Shown here one piece after another: positions 63,648 to 64,000 of a stretch of DNA of 64,000 bases. This DNA comes from Phoronis australis. Lineage: Eukaryota; Animalia; Phoronida. The stretch's first letter is position 1; the number at the start of each line of letters is the position of its first letter. Location of the stretch: positions 26,509 to 90,508 of the forward strand of contig NMRA01000773.1 of NCBI GenBank assembly GCA_002633005.1. The letters run 5' to 3'. Position numbers and translations under genes: made by a program. Under the pieces are notes generated by a model. It worked only from the letters and a program-made list of their open reading frames with translations. It was not told where the DNA came from and did not search any database.

Positions 63648-64000
63648 AAAAACTTAACTAAGGTACAGTAAAAAATAAAAACATAGCATGAAACCCACAA
63701 CAATCAAAAACTTAACTAAGGTACAGTAAAAAATAAAAACATAGCATGAAACCCACAACAATCAAAAACTAAACTAAGGTACAGTAAAAAATAAAAACAT
63801 AGCATGAAACCCACAACAATCAAAAACTAAACTAAGGTACAGTAAAAAATAAAAACATAGCATGAAACCCACAACAATCAAAAACTAAACTAAGGTACAG
63901 TAAAAAATAAAAACATAGCATGAAACCCACAACAATCAAAAACTAAACTAAGGTACAGTAAAAAATAAAAACATAGCATGAAACCCACAACAATCAAAAA
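63648..64000. repeat. 58 bp tandem repeat, at least 6 near-identical copies, runs off the window
   Basis: AGGTACAG at 63661, 63719, 63777 and onward. A single T/A variant separates the first two units from the rest. Confidence 0.97.

Noticed and set aside
63648-64000. CRISPR-like array (also considered for 26762-27048 and 43506-43642)
   Set aside because: Units are contiguous or irregular with no unique spacers, there are no cas genes, and the context is eukaryotic.

Overview
An AT-rich metazoan (probably marine invertebrate) genomic window with two assembly gaps. I found no convincing intact host gene; nearly all interpretable sequence is transposon-derived. Kolobok-type DNA transposons (TTAA target duplication, AG..CT ends) dominate: three copies of a ~1.7 kb non-autonomous family retain the 5' ends of a THAP-transposase gene and a convergent KolX-like gene, a second family with ~270 bp TIRs is nested in one copy, and there are older relics. 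Other elements are an Academ transposon, a Penelope retroelement (RT + GIY-YIG, degenerate hammerhead ribozyme), a Helentron/HINE element, hAT, RTE-X-like and I-group remnants, Harbinger- and hAT-type MITEs, a SINE head and several minisatellites. Three signals stand out. The Helentron/HINE element carries ten co-oriented CTCF-like motifs, nine of them spaced ~146 bp apart. TACATGTA is in strong excess and demonstrably occurs as 6-bp insertions inside other repeats, as expected of excision footprints. The nested Kolobok is a fold-back whose two arms both carry the THAP start codon. All calls are by eye; no searches were run.
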